Source: Acidimicrobiia bacterium (GTDB lineage: Bacteria; Actinomycetota; Acidimicrobiia; Acidimicrobiales; Bin134). From it: a stretch of 64,000 bases of DNA. Each line of letters starts with the position of its first letter. Positions within the stretch are counted from its first letter, which is position 1. This document shows positions 51,686-62,034 of the stretch, piece after piece. Location: the NCBI GenBank assembly GCA_022826705.1, contig JAJDUJ010000012.1, forward strand, positions 18,486-82,485, read 5' to 3'. A program made the translations under genes and the position numbers. The notes below the pieces were generated by a model. The model searched no databases. It was not told the DNA's origin and worked only from the letters and a program-made list of their open reading frames with translations.

Positions 51686-54303
51686 AAATCTGGATTCCCC
51701 TCCGCGATAACCCCGGGATTGGCCATCGCTTCTTGGAGAGCAGCCTCTTGCTCAGCCATTTCGGCCCTACCCGACTGGTCGAGATAGCGCTTGTGAACCT
51801 GGTCGAAGCGGAAGTACTCGATCTGGTCGCGGTCGCCGAAGAACTGGTCTTCAATGAACGGCTCGATGTTGTACTTCCAAATGCGGCGCATCGCGTCCTC
51901 ATCGAGGCCATGCTTCATGAAGTGGCTTGGTCCCAGCAGCAGGTGAGGCCCGCCCAATTCCCTGTCGAGTTCGTCGTTGACCTGGGCGACGAGTTCGCCA
52001 ACCCATTCCGGTTCATGGTTCGCGGCCAGCCAGCGCTCGAGCAGTCCCTCCATAGGCCATTGGTTGGGGAAAAATGGAATGAAGTGGAACCTTCGCCGCA
52101 ACGCGGCATCAACGAGGGCAATGGAGCGATCGGCGGTGTTCATGGTGCCGATGAACCACAGGTTTCGGGGAAGCTCAAACGAATCGTCGGGGCGGTGGAG
52201 GGTGCGCACGCTCTCGTCCCTGTACTCCAACAGGAACAGAAGTTCGCCGAACACCTTGGGCAAGTTCGCCCGGTTGATCTCGTCGATAATCATCACATGT
52301 TGCTGGCTCGGCGCATCAGCGGCCCGTGCCGCCATGCGCATCAGGGGACCAGGCGTGAGCTGATAGGTCATGTCGCCGCTGTCTGCTTCCGGCCGGTAGC
52401 CCTCGAAGAAGTCCTCATAGGAAGTCGAAGGGTGGAACTGCACCAACGCCCGGCGGTTGTGATCGGGGGCGAGTGCTTCGGCCAGCTTCCGGGCCAGATA
52501 AGTCTTGCCCGTACCCGGCGGCCCGTAGAAGACCACCTGCCCTTTGTCTTCCAACAATTCGATGATGTCGTCTAAGAAGCCGCGGTCGACCAGCAATTCC
52601 TCAGCCAGACCATCGAGGATCTCGGCCTTGGTCTCGATGCTGCCAGGTTCATCTTCGCCCACAGGTGGCTCTGGCGGTTCTTCCGTTGCCTTGGCCAACA
52701 GCTCGTCGAACAGGGGTTTGAGTTGTTTGGCCGTTTCGATCACAGTGGCTCTCAAGTCGATGTCGGCGAACTCCTCCCGGTCGAACCAACGCCCATAGAC
52801 GAACTCTGCGCCGTGTGACCCATAGAGTCCGACATCGTCGCCGATTTGGGAACTCGAACCGCCGAGAACTCGACAGTCGACGTAGTCGGCGGATGAAAGC
52901 ACCGGCACAACTTTGTCCCACCACCCCTTAGGAGTTGCCCCTGGGCGCAAGGCAACCGCTGCTCCCTGGTGGTTAACCCATACCCTCATGCCGAGGCCAT
53001 GTTCGGATGCCTCCTTGATTCGCCAGTCCACCCACAAGTCAGCCCGAGGATAGGTGGGCGTCCAGTTTGCCGATGGCTTTCGGACGACCAAATCTCGACC
53101 TATCGCCTTCTTGAGTTCGTCTTTGAGCAGGTGTCCCCAGTGATCAGCGATACCTGTCATAGCCCGGGCGTTGGCCTCCCGTTCGTCGTGCGTTGCGCCG
53201 TCATCATCGAGCCCAAACACTGCACGATCCGACAACACCTCATCGAGGAACACCGGCCTTTGCCTCTGCCACCACGCAGCGGTTGTCTCAAATTCGCGGT
53301 TGTCGTTGGCGAGCTCTCGAACCCGCTCAGCAAAGGCCCGGTAGCGTTCGGGCGGTTCACTGGGAAGACTCTCCCCAGCAGAAAGCTCAATGAAGGCCGC
53401 AGCGCTTGCCCATAAGACTGGCCAGCGATCCCAGTCGGCCAGTGCCCAGAAATACGACAGTAGAAACGGCACATGCCCCGGTCCGGGATGCGCACCTACT
53501 CGGATGCTCTCCACGTAGTCGACGACCGACTGAATCTTGGAAACGGCATCGTCGTCGGACACCGGAGCAGTCAGCGACTCTGCTAACAGCATGGCAAGTT
53601 GTCGAGGGTCTTCGGTCCGATTGACGAGTTGATTCAACATCATTTGACCGCTAAATCCGTTGAAGGCCAACGTCCCCGGCTTCACTGCCCACGCCTTCAT
53701 CTGCTTGTGAAACGAATTGAGGTCCCCGGTCCGACTGAGGTTGGCAAGCAACGCAAGCGCTTCTTCGGCGCTTGCCTCAAACCCGTCGGTAGCAGCCCTT
53801 GCCTCTCGGTAGTGGTCCTCATCAGCAACAAATCGCTCGACATGCGCCTCGTACCACCGTTGGCGAAATTCCTGCTCAACTAGAGAGACTTCCTGTTGGG
53901 GGCCTGAAACCAACCCCGGCCCCCGTCCCGCTACTGGCCTGTAGCTTCTGAGTTCCAGGCCGTTGTCGTCCTTCCACCTTTCAAGCCAGCTGTCATGGCT
54001 CCCTACCAGTACCCCGCCTGCCGCACTTGGTGAGTTGAATTCATAGTCGCGGATCAAAACCGCATGGTCGCCCTCAATGAGCAAAGTGCCATCCTCAACC
54101 AGCTGCTCGCGAAGCCGTTGCCTGGATGGGTTGGCATACTTCTTGAACGAAGGTGTCGTCTCGGCACGCCCAATTGCTCCTTCATGGACTCGGAAGCGTC
54201 CGCCGGGGAGCAGAACGCCAGTGCCGCTACAGCCAGAGAGGTCAAGACGGAAGACGGGGTTGCCGCCTGAGGAGTCTGGGTTCGTTTCTACCTGATCAGC
54301 CAC
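51682..54303 (-). CDS. mcrB: McrB family AAA+ GTPase with N-terminal DUF4357-like domain; start uncertain
   Basis: GPPGTGKT, VQFHPSTSYEDF, IDEINR, MNTAD, ALRRRF; N-terminal DYEFNSPSAAG..WKD. Confidence 0.92.
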   Translation of the reverse strand: MADQVETNPDSSGGNPVFRLDLSGCSGTGVLLPGGRFRVHEGAIGRAETTPSFKKYANPSRQRLREQLVEDGTLLIEGDHAVLIRDYEFNSPSAAGGVLVGSHDSWLERWKDDNGLELRSYRPVAGRGPGLVSGPQQEVSLVEQEFRQRWYEAHVERFVADEDHYREARAATDGFEASAEEALALLANLSRTGDLNSFHKQMKAWAVKPGTLAFNGFSGQMMLNQLVNRTEDPRQLAMLLAESLTAPVSDDDAVSKIQSVVDYVESIRVGAHPGPGHVPFLLSYFWALADWDRWPVLWASAAAFIELSAGESLPSEPPERYRAFAERVRELANDNREFETTAAWWQRQRPVFLDEVLSDRAVFGLDDDGATHDEREANARAMTGIADHWGHLLKDELKKAIGRDLVVRKPSANWTPTYPRADLWVDWRIKEASEHGLGMRVWVNHQGAAVALRPGATPKGWWDKVVPVLSSADYVDCRVLGGSSSQIGDDVGLYGSHGAEFVYGRWFDREEFADIDLRATVIETAKQLKPLFDELLAKATEEPPEPPVGEDEPGSIETKAEILDGLAEELLVDRGFLDDIIELLEDKGQVVFYGPPGTGKTYLARKLAEALAPDHNRRALVQFHPSTSYEDFFEGYRPEADSGDMTYQLTPGPLMRMAARAADAPSQQHVMIIDEINRANLPKVFGELLFLLEYRDESVRTLHRPDDSFELPRNLWFIGTMNTADRSIALVDAALRRRFHFIPFFPNQWPMEGLLERWLAANHEPEWVGELVAQVNDELDRELGGPHLLLGPSHFMKHGLDEDAMRRIWKYNIEPFIEDQFFGDRDQIEYFRFDQVHKRYLDQSGRAEMAEQEAALQEAMANPGVIAEGNPDL

Positions 54304-54353
54304 GCCGAGCACTCTACTTGTGAGGTATGACGGCTTGTTCCTAGCTAAGGCTT

Positions 54354-54698
54354 CTACTCGGTGGCTTTGGGGTGGCCGATGTGAACGGCGGTCAGCCACA
54401 CGGTCTTCTTGTCGTCGTCGATGCAGTACCAGATGCGGCCGCTGGAGGTGACCTCGTATTGCCACTGGGGTAATTCCGCACCGTCGGCGATTGCTGTGGC
54501 CAATTCATGCTGAAGTGGCTTCTGGCGTTTATCCCAGCGTCGAGGATCTTCTGTGATGTGCTCCCATGCCGTTCGGATGTTGTTAGGTGCAGTGGCGCTG
54601 AGCTGCACCCAAGACTTGGCGGCGGTGTTGTTGGCGAATCGGCAGTCCCAGCCGTCCTTGCGCGGTGGAGGGGCGACTCGATCCCGACGACGGGGCAT
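54354..54698 (-). CDS. RelE/ParE-like toxin
   Basis: Basic 114 aa, QWQYEVTSSGRIWY...HPKATE; coupled to the upstream gene. Confidence 0.65.
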   Translation of the reverse strand: MPRRRDRVAPPPRKDGWDCRFANNTAAKSWVQLSATAPNNIRTAWEHITEDPRRWDKRQKPLQHELATAIADGAELPQWQYEVTSSGRIWYCIDDDKKTVWLTAVHIGHPKATE

Positions 54699-55162
54699 TA
54701 GTCAACGGCAGGAGGGCAGGGAACACGTCCGCCATGTGTGATTGTGAAGGGGCCGGAGAGTAGGGCAGTGAGTTCGGGGTCGCTGAGAATCTCGGCGGTG
54801 TTCTGCCAGGAGTCGATGAGGAGTTCGACTCGATCGAAGCTCTCGACGCTGGCTGAGGCCAGAATGGTACGAGTCAGAGCCTCGGCAAATTCACGACGTC
54901 CATCGGGCGAGAGGAATTCGACCCAGGGGAAGGCGGCCTCGATGGCGTCATCCATTGCCTCAGGGGAGTCGGCGGAAATCTTGCAGAGAAGGCGGGCCAA
55001 ACACTCGATGGTCTTGGCCCGGCTGAGGTCGCTGGCAGCGAGGCTGAGGTAAAGGTCAGGGGCGTTGCGCCGGCGCAGCACCACATCATGCTGGGCGAGG
55101 TTGGCCACTACCTCCTTGGGCTGTCGGAGAAACTCGGAGAATGTGCGCTCGATAACCTGCAT
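54698..55162 (-). CDS. Probable antitoxin with Phd/YefM-like N-terminus
   Basis: FSEFLRQPKEVV...VVLRRRNAPDL; W.NTAEILSDPEL; 1-bp overlap with toxin. Confidence 0.65.
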   Translation of the reverse strand: MQVIERTFSEFLRQPKEVVANLAQHDVVLRRRNAPDLYLSLAASDLSRAKTIECLARLLCKISADSPEAMDDAIEAAFPWVEFLSPDGRREFAEALTRTILASASVESFDRVELLIDSWQNTAEILSDPELTALLSGPFTITHGGRVPCPPAVD

Positions 55163-55170
55163 GAAGGCAG

Positions 55171-55194
55171 GATATCTGAACTAGTTCAGGTATC
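55171..55194. promoter_or_regulatory. 24-bp palindromic operator upstream of the TA-mcrBC genes
   Basis: gatatctgaactagttcaggtatc, 22/24 self-complementary, 8 bp from the antitoxin ATG. Confidence 0.7.
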
Positions 55195-55296
55195 AAGCCA
55201 AAATTGGCCAGATAGCTTCCACATCGGCCCAAGAGTGGGGGTCGGAGTCGCCCACCACCGGGGTTGCCACTCGGACATAGTTGATGGCTCTGAGAT

Positions 55297-55983
55297 GTGG
55301 ATTCACGTTCGCATTTTGGCAAGGGCGGCATTGGGTCCCTAGTTTCGACAACCGTGCCGAATGGGAAATTGACTCAACCTGCGGAGAAGATCAGGGCGTT
55401 CATTAGAGATCACCGGGATGTCGATCTCGTTGTCTGCACTGGGAATACGTCAGTCCGGGGACTGGCTTGGCTGGCGGACCAGACAGACAGCAGCCAAAGG
55501 GTGACCATTGTCATCGGTGACATGCTGGGTCCGAACTTCTCCAAAGCAAGCGAGGGCGATCGGGGAGCAGCGGCTTCTTTCCTCCGCCGGCCAAACGTGA
55601 AAGTGCACAACTGGTATCGGACGAAGCCGGAGAAGAAGATTGCCCATGGGAAGGCAGTTGTTGCTCTCCGCGAGGGAAGAGCAATTGCCGCCCTGGTGGG
55701 GTCGGCGAATCTTACGCACACAGGCCTCTACACAAACCTAGAGATGATGGTCCGCAGCGACCCTTCTGAATTGCCTGAAATTGAGGCGTATATCAATGAG
55801 GCGACCCGGCATCCTCCCGCCAACGAGAAGCTCATCGGTCTTGTGGCACCCACTCAGAAGGTGCCTGTGGAGACTGCCGCCAGCAAGGGCGGATGCCTCC
55901 CGGCATTGGTGCTGATCCCATCCCACGCGGCAAGGAACCTATGGATCAGGACCAGGCTCACTGTCTACCGGTATGACACCTAG
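55297..55983 (+). CDS. Phospholipase D-like (HxK) nuclease domain protein; start uncertain
   Basis: IAHGKAVV...VGSANLT..GL..NLE. Confidence 0.75.
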   Translation: MDSRSHFGKGGIGSLVSTTVPNGKLTQPAEKIRAFIRDHRDVDLVVCTGNTSVRGLAWLADQTDSSQRVTIVIGDMLGPNFSKASEGDRGAAASFLRRPNVKVHNWYRTKPEKKIAHGKAVVALREGRAIAALVGSANLTHTGLYTNLEMMVRSDPSELPEIEAYINEATRHPPANEKLIGLVAPTQKVPVETAASKGGCLPALVLIPSHAARNLWIRTRLTVYRYDT

Positions 55984-56153
55984 CCCCTTTTGGGTCGTGT
56001 GACGAATGCGGCACCTAGGGCTACTCCCACGCCGGCTCCTATTGCCACGCCGATTCCGACGTCGCCAAGTGCCGCTCCTATGCCCGCACCGATCCCGACG
56101 CCGAGAGCGATGCTTAGTCCCATCCGGGGGTTGGGTTTCATCTCTTTCTTCAT
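55980..56153 (-). CDS. Small glycine-zipper membrane protein (57 aa)
   Basis: GLSIALGVGIGAGIGAALGDVGIGVAIGAGVGVALG; AAGGA RBS. Confidence 0.7.
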   Translation of the reverse strand: MKKEMKPNPRMGLSIALGVGIGAGIGAALGDVGIGVAIGAGVGVALGAAFVTRPKRG

Positions 56154-56191
56154 TGCTTGTCCTTCATGCCGCAATGGCCCCCGACTGGCGA

Positions 56192-56623
56192 TCAGCCCCG
56201 AGTGGCGATCACCACGTTCTCTAGGACTTCGCTGTCGCCGGTGCGGACGTACCACTCCCAGGCGGTGCCGTCGGGGTCGGTGACCCAGGTTTCGGTCTTC
56301 TCGGCGAAACAGCACTGGGTGTCGTCCACTCCGGTGGTGGCCAGGCCCGACCCGCTTAGGCGGCGTTCGGCGTCTAGGACTTCCTCGGTGGTCTCAACCT
56401 CCACCCCTAGGTGGTTGATTGTGCCGCCAACGCCGTTGCAGCATCCCTCTTCGTCGGTCGCTCCGTGGCCAGCCTCGAACAACACCAGTTTGAGGGGCGG
56501 TTGGTCGATGGCGAAGTTGGCGTATCCCGGACGCCGCCGGGCTGGCTCTACGCCGAAGAGGCGGGAGTAGAACCCCACCGCCTCCTCCAGATCGGACACG
56601 TTCAGCGCAAGCTGCAATCTCAT
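56192..56623 (-). CDS. ArsI/CadI family VOC metalloenzyme
   Basis: RLQLALNV, PGYANF, NHLGVEV, CCFA...WVTDPDG..WE.Y. Confidence 0.9.
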   Translation of the reverse strand: MRLQLALNVSDLEEAVGFYSRLFGVEPARRRPGYANFAIDQPPLKLVLFEAGHGATDEEGCCNGVGGTINHLGVEVETTEEVLDAERRLSGSGLATTGVDDTQCCFAEKTETWVTDPDGTAWEWYVRTGDSEVLENVVIATRG

Positions 56624-56705
56624 GACAACTCCCTTTCGAAGATCATGTCATAGCCCGGCGAAATCAGCCGCCATCTCAAGAGGTGCAACCCAGGGGGCGG
56701 CTTTT

Positions 56706-57902
56706 CTATTTCACCGCCACCGGCAGGTGCTTGAGGCTGTTGAAGTGGGTGGTGCGAAGCCTCGCCTCCGGGCCGGACCGCTCCAATCGCTGAAGGTGAG
56801 GGGCCAGCGCGGAGAAGTAGGCTCGGGCCTCGGTTCGGGCCAGATTGGCGCCCAGGCAGTAGTGGGGGCCTCCGGAGCCCAGCGACAGTTGGCCGCTGGC
56901 GTCGCGGCGGATGTCGAAGGCGTCGGGGTTGTCGAATATTTCGGGGTCGCGGTTGGCCGCTGTCATCCACAGGTCCACGATCTGGCCGGGCTCGAAGCTG
57001 GCTCCGCTCTCATGCTCCATCCGAGACGTCACCCGGCGCTGGTGGTGCATGACCGGGGTCACCACCCGCAGCATCTCGTCGATGGCCCCGTCGAGCAGCG
57101 ACTCGTCGGCCGCCAGCGCCGCGGCTTGGTCAGGGTGGTCCAACAGCAGCATCAAACCGCTGCTCAGCAGGTTGCGGGTGGTCTCAGTGCTGCCGGTGAC
57201 CAGCAGCTGCCACCATCCGCCCAGCTCCTCGTCGGTCAGCCGGCGCTCCTCGTGTTCGGCGTGGACGAGGCTGCTGAACACGTCGTCGCCGGGCTCGGCC
57301 TTCCGACGGGCGATATGGGCCTGGCCGTAGGCGGCGAAGTTGGCCATGGCCGCCCGGGCATCGTCCATCGTCGGGCACATCTCGGGATCGAATGCCCCGA
57401 TGGTGGTGTTGGTCCAAGACAAGATGTCGGCCCGGTCTGACATTGGGATGCCCAGCATCTCCCCGGTCACATGCAGGGGCAACTGTGCGGCCAGCATCTC
57501 GGCGGCGTCGCCTCCGCCGTTGGCCAAGAAACCATCAACTAACTCCCCGGCAATGCGGTGGGCGCTGTCTTCCAGCCGGCGGATGGCCCGAGGCGTGAAC
57601 CCCCGGTTCACCAACAGCCGCAACGCGGTGTGGTCGGGGGGGTCGAACTCCAACAAGGTGATGGCACCCTGACCGCGGTGTTCGCCCTCGCCCCCGGAAA
57701 CAGCCAGCTGCGAAGAGGAGAACTGCTGCCAGTCCCGATTGAACTCCCGCACATACCGATAGCTGGTCACCACATAGCGCCCCCCGCCCCGGCGGTGGGG
57801 GAGCCAGTGCACCGGGTCTTCCTCTCGAAGCTGGGCCAACAACTCCAGCGGCAGCCCAGCGACAAACGTGTCCGGGTTGTCCAGCGGCGCGGCATCAATC
57901 AT
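56706..57902 (-). CDS. Cytochrome P450
   Basis: DPPDHT, ETT, EMLR, ANRDP, GPHYCLG. Confidence 0.95.
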   Translation of the reverse strand: MIDAAPLDNPDTFVAGLPLELLAQLREEDPVHWLPHRRGGGRYVVTSYRYVREFNRDWQQFSSSQLAVSGGEGEHRGQGAITLLEFDPPDHTALRLLVNRGFTPRAIRRLEDSAHRIAGELVDGFLANGGGDAAEMLAAQLPLHVTGEMLGIPMSDRADILSWTNTTIGAFDPEMCPTMDDARAAMANFAAYGQAHIARRKAEPGDDVFSSLVHAEHEERRLTDEELGGWWQLLVTGSTETTRNLLSSGLMLLLDHPDQAAALAADESLLDGAIDEMLRVVTPVMHHQRRVTSRMEHESGASFEPGQIVDLWMTAANRDPEIFDNPDAFDIRRDASGQLSLGSGGPHYCLGANLARTEARAYFSALAPHLQRLERSGPEARLRTTHFNSLKHLPVAVK

Positions 57903-58269
57903 CGGCGCGGAACTCTAGGCGGTTCCCAAACGGGTCATAGATGTAGACCTGTTCGGTTTCGTCGTCCTGAACCTCGAGCACTTCGTAACCCTGAGGTCGA
58001 GCCGTCTCGGCGAGCTTCGTCACATCCGAGACAACAAAGGCCACATGGGCCTTCTTAGCCGGCCGAAAGTCCGGGTCAACCCCTAAGTGCAGCTGCCCGC
58101 AAGTCCCTTCGGGCAACTCGAACCAGCACCCGCCCCTTTTGGCCAGCTCCGGCGGCTTGGCGACTTCAACCAACCCCAACAGGCCGCCATAAAACGCTCG
58201 AGCCTCGTCCTCACCCCCCACCGGGATCGCCACCTGCACATGGGTAACCGACCTGACTAGTGATTCCAT
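57895..58269 (-). CDS. Glyoxalase/VOC family protein
   Basis: HVQVAIP..ARAFYG..GCWF..HLG..DPFGNRLE. Confidence 0.88.
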   Translation of the reverse strand: MESLVRSVTHVQVAIPVGGEDEARAFYGGLLGLVEVAKPPELAKRGGCWFELPEGTCGQLHLGVDPDFRPAKKAHVAFVVSDVTKLAETARPQGYEVLEVQDDETEQVYIYDPFGNRLEFRADD

Positions 58270-58276
58270 GCTCGCT

Positions 58277-59542
58277 TCAGTCTTCGAGGGGAATGTTGTG
58301 GTGGGCGATGTAGTCGGCGAACCCGGCGCGGATAGTGGACTCGTCGAGGCCGAGCGCGACCGGGTCGTAGACGTGTTTTCCGAACTTGTCCTTGGGCTTT
58401 TCGGCCAAGTAGGCGGGGATGGCATCGGCCAACACGTTGGAGAACTCCAAGCCCAAGCGGTCGTACACGACCCGAACCGCGGCAACCGGGTCGCTCATCA
58501 GGTCGCGGAATAGCAGATCGGCGATCTGGTCGTCGGGGACCTCCCCCGAAGCCCGCTGGCCCATCACCATGCCCATCATCATCTGGTAGACGAACAACAT
58601 GATCGGCCCGTTCTCGCTTGGGGTCACCGCGTCGCTTCGCATCCAATGCATGGTGGTGGTGATGTTGGCCACCGACCCAACGAATCTGACCGGGTCGCGG
58701 TGGGTGAGGATCACCCGAGCATTGGGGTAGGCGGCAAACAGGTCCGGGAGCGTTCCCATGTGGGCGGGCGACTTCAACAGGAACTGAGCCGGAGCGCCGT
58801 CGACGTGCTGCAAGGTTTGCAGGAAGTTCTTGTGCCACCGGTACACCGCGTCAAAGTCAGCGGGCACTCCCCGTTCGGCAAGATCGCCGATGGAATGCAT
58901 CATCGGCCAGTGCCAACTGCGGAACTCGGGTTGGCAGAAGTGGATGCATTCCACCGGAAGGTCGCCGCGCAGCTCGTGCATGGTCATGAACTCGGGCTGG
59001 ATGTCGGCCCAGAACTCCTGTTCAGGCTCGCTGCACGCCAGCGCGTCAGCCCCCGTGTCTGGAAGCGTGCCCAGCGGGAAATGGGCCTCGTAGCCCCGCA
59101 CCCCCCGCAATCTGGGGTCCAGCGCCAACAGCTCCAACAGGATGGTGGTGCCGGTTCGGGGCGGCCCGGAGATGAACACCGGCCTGGCGATCTCGGCCTT
59201 CAGGGTTTCGGGATTCGCCTGCCAGTAGTGCACGAGACGAAGCCGGTTTTGCAGGTTGCGAATGATCTCTCCCCGGGCGCTGAGCCGCCCCACCACATTC
59301 AGGTGGGCATTCTCATCAAGCGCACCGCACAATGCCCGGTAACCGGCCTCCCAACCCGGCTCGTCGCCGAAGTCCGAAAGCCCGACCGATTCAACCGCCA
59401 CCGCCAGCATCTCGTCGGCATCCAGGCTCACCAGGCGAGCCGGATCGCCCACCGCGGTGCCAAACAGGTTCATCCGCCGTACCCAGTCCGGGCGCCCTAG
59501 GTGGCCGGCTGGTTCTATGGCTGTGCCTTCTTGCTTGCCCAC
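58277..59542 (-). CDS. Sulfotransferase family protein
   Basis: PVFISGPPRTGTT (5'-PSB), LKSPAH, THRDP..S (3'-PB). Confidence 0.92.
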   Translation of the reverse strand: MGKQEGTAIEPAGHLGRPDWVRRMNLFGTAVGDPARLVSLDADEMLAVAVESVGLSDFGDEPGWEAGYRALCGALDENAHLNVVGRLSARGEIIRNLQNRLRLVHYWQANPETLKAEIARPVFISGPPRTGTTILLELLALDPRLRGVRGYEAHFPLGTLPDTGADALACSEPEQEFWADIQPEFMTMHELRGDLPVECIHFCQPEFRSWHWPMMHSIGDLAERGVPADFDAVYRWHKNFLQTLQHVDGAPAQFLLKSPAHMGTLPDLFAAYPNARVILTHRDPVRFVGSVANITTTMHWMRSDAVTPSENGPIMLFVYQMMMGMVMGQRASGEVPDDQIADLLFRDLMSDPVAAVRVVYDRLGLEFSNVLADAIPAYLAEKPKDKFGKHVYDPVALGLDESTIRAGFADYIAHHNIPLED

Positions 59543-59546
59543 ACCG

Positions 59547-61193
59547 TCAAGCGTGCCGCTCCTTGGCCGCCTCTCCCAAACCGAGCTCTTCCACCAACCT
59601 CTCCCGCATGAGGTACTTCTGGATCTTGCCGGTGATGGTCATCGGGAACTCGTCGGTGAACTTCACGTAGCGGGGGACTTTGTAGTGGGCGATCTGGCCC
59701 CGGCAGAACTCTTTGATGTCGTCGGCGTCCAACGAGATCCCGTCCCGTAGTTGCACCCAGGCCATGATCTCCTCGCCGTATCGGGCGTCGGGCACGCCGA
59801 TCACCTGCACTTCGACCACGTCGGGGTGGCGGTAGAGGTACTCCTCGATTTCCCGGGGGTACACGTTCTCTCCACCCCGGATGATCATGTCCTTGATGCG
59901 CCCCACGATGTTGATATACCCGTCGTCGTCCATTACCGCGAGGTCGCCGGTGTGCATCCAGCCCTCGTCGTCGACTGCCTCGGTGGTGCGGGCCTTGTCG
60001 TCCCAGTAGCCCAGCATCACCGAATAGCCCCGGGTCATGAACTCGCCAGCCGCACCCCGAGGAACGGTCTCGCCGGTGTCGGGGTCGACGATGCGGACCT
60101 CCACGTGGGGGTGCGCCCGGCCCACGGTGGCCACCCGCTTGTCCAGTGAGTCGTCGACCGACGTTTGGGTGGAAACCGGCGACGTCTCGGTCATGCCGTA
60201 GGCGATGGTCACCTCGGCCATATTCATCCGGTCCACCACCTGCTTCATCACCTCCACCGGGCACGGCGAGCCGGCCATGATCCCGGTGCGCAGCGACGAC
60301 AGGTCGTAGTCATCCAGGTCGGGCTCGCCCAGTTCGGCGATGAACATGGTCGGCACCCCGTACAAGCTGGTGCAGCGCTCCGCCTCGCAGGCCCGCAGCA
60401 CGGCTGAGGCGTCGAATCCGGCCGCGGGCACCACCATGGCCGCCCCGTGGGTGGTGCAGGCCAGGTTGCCCAGCACCATGCCGAAGCAGTGGTAGAAGGG
60501 CACCGGAATGCACACCCGGTCGGCGGGGGTATAACCACAGGCCTCGCCCACGAAGAAGCCATTGTTCAAAATGTTGCGATGGCTCAGCGTGGCCCCTTTG
60601 GGAAAACCTGTGGTCCCGCTGGTGTACTGGATGTTGATGGCGTCGTCTGGGCGAAGGCCCGCGGCGCGCTCCTCAAGCTGGTCGGCGGATATCACGGTGC
60701 CAGCAGCCAGCAGATTCTCCCAATCAGAGGTCTGGAGATAAACCACCTGCTGAGTGGGCACCCGATCCCACACCTCCTCGATCATGCGCCGGTAGTCGCT
60801 GTGGGAGAACGACTCCGCCGTCACCAGCACACTGATGCCCGATTGGTTGAGCACATACTCCAGCTCGGCCACTCGATACGCCGGATTGATGGTTACCAAG
60901 ATGGCCCCAATGCGGGCGGTGGCGTATTGCACCAGTACCCACTCGGCCGAGTTCGGGCTCCAGATCCCCACCCGGTCGCCCACCTGCACGCCCACGGCCA
61001 TCAGCCCGGCGGCCACCTCGTCGACCGCGTCGGCGAACTCTCGGTAGGTGTAGCGCAGCCCCTGCTCAACCGACACCAGCGCTTCATGGTCGCCGTGCTC
61101 TGCCACGGTGCGGGCCAAGTTGGCCGAGATGGTCTCCTCCAACAGCGGTATATCAGTCGGCCCCAGAGCCGATGACAGCATTGCCCTTTCCAT
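59547..61193 (-). CDS. AMP-binding acyl-CoA synthetase; start uncertain
   Basis: [41 protein letters not shown]. Confidence 0.94.
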   Translation of the reverse strand: MERAMLSSALGPTDIPLLEETISANLARTVAEHGDHEALVSVEQGLRYTYREFADAVDEVAAGLMAVGVQVGDRVGIWSPNSAEWVLVQYATARIGAILVTINPAYRVAELEYVLNQSGISVLVTAESFSHSDYRRMIEEVWDRVPTQQVVYLQTSDWENLLAAGTVISADQLEERAAGLRPDDAINIQYTSGTTGFPKGATLSHRNILNNGFFVGEACGYTPADRVCIPVPFYHCFGMVLGNLACTTHGAAMVVPAAGFDASAVLRACEAERCTSLYGVPTMFIAELGEPDLDDYDLSSLRTGIMAGSPCPVEVMKQVVDRMNMAEVTIAYGMTETSPVSTQTSVDDSLDKRVATVGRAHPHVEVRIVDPDTGETVPRGAAGEFMTRGYSVMLGYWDDKARTTEAVDDEGWMHTGDLAVMDDDGYINIVGRIKDMIIRGGENVYPREIEEYLYRHPDVVEVQVIGVPDARYGEEIMAWVQLRDGISLDADDIKEFCRGQIAHYKVPRYVKFTDEFPMTITGKIQKYLMRERLVEELGLGEAAKERHA

Positions 61194-61206
61194 TGGGGAC
61201 GCAGTC

Positions 61207-61974
61207 TCAGTCGTGGCTGATGACGCCCCCGTCAACGATGAGGGTGGTGCCGGTTACGAAGCCGGCCTCATCGGACATCAGGAAGCGGACTGCCTTGGCG
61301 ATGTCTTCGGGGATGCCCACCCGGCCCAGCGGGGACTTTTCCACGCAGGCGGCCTTGGTCGGGGCGTCAGCCATCATCTGGGCCGTCATCGGCGTTTCGA
61401 TGTAGCCAGGGCACACCGCGTTCACCCGGATGCCGTCGGGGCCGAGGTGGTTGGCCAGCGACTTGGTTACCCCCACCACGCCGTGCTTGGAGGCGGTGTA
61501 GGACGGAATTGTCGGGCTGCCCACCACCGACATGATGGAGCCGATTCCCACAATGGCCGACCCCTCATGGCTGCGCAGGTCGCCCAACAGGGCCTTGGCC
61601 ACGAACACCTCGGCCCGCAAGTTCACCCCTAGCACCGAGTCCCAGATCTCTTCAGTGAGATGGTCGATGTCCATGGCGGTCACGATGCCCGCAGCATGGA
61701 CCAGGCCTCCGATGCTGCCCAGCGCCTCCCGGGCGGAGGTCACCGCGACGGCCACCGCCGTGCTGTCGGTCACGTCCAAGCCAACCGAGTGGGTTGCCAC
61801 CCCGCAGTCGGCGGAGATGGAGGCCGCCGCTTCGGCCGCCCCCTCGCCGTTGAGGTCCCACAGCGACACCGGTCGTCCAACCTCGGCAAGGGCGCGAGCA
61901 CAGGCTCGACCTATTCCGGACCCCCCACCAGTGACCACGACCCCGGTATTCGGCGACATATCCAAAGCAGACAT
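61207..61974 (-). CDS. SDR family oxidoreductase
   Basis: [26 protein letters not shown]. Confidence 0.93.
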   Translation of the reverse strand: MSALDMSPNTGVVVTGGGSGIGRACARALAEVGRPVSLWDLNGEGAAEAAASISADCGVATHSVGLDVTDSTAVAVAVTSAREALGSIGGLVHAAGIVTAMDIDHLTEEIWDSVLGVNLRAEVFVAKALLGDLRSHEGSAIVGIGSIMSVVGSPTIPSYTASKHGVVGVTKSLANHLGPDGIRVNAVCPGYIETPMTAQMMADAPTKAACVEKSPLGRVGIPEDIAKAVRFLMSDEAGFVTGTTLIVDGGVISHD

Positions 61975-62034
61975 GGCGGACACCCTACGCGGTGGCCGGG
62001 ATGAAGATGACTTCAATCGAGAGGCCGAAAGCGC

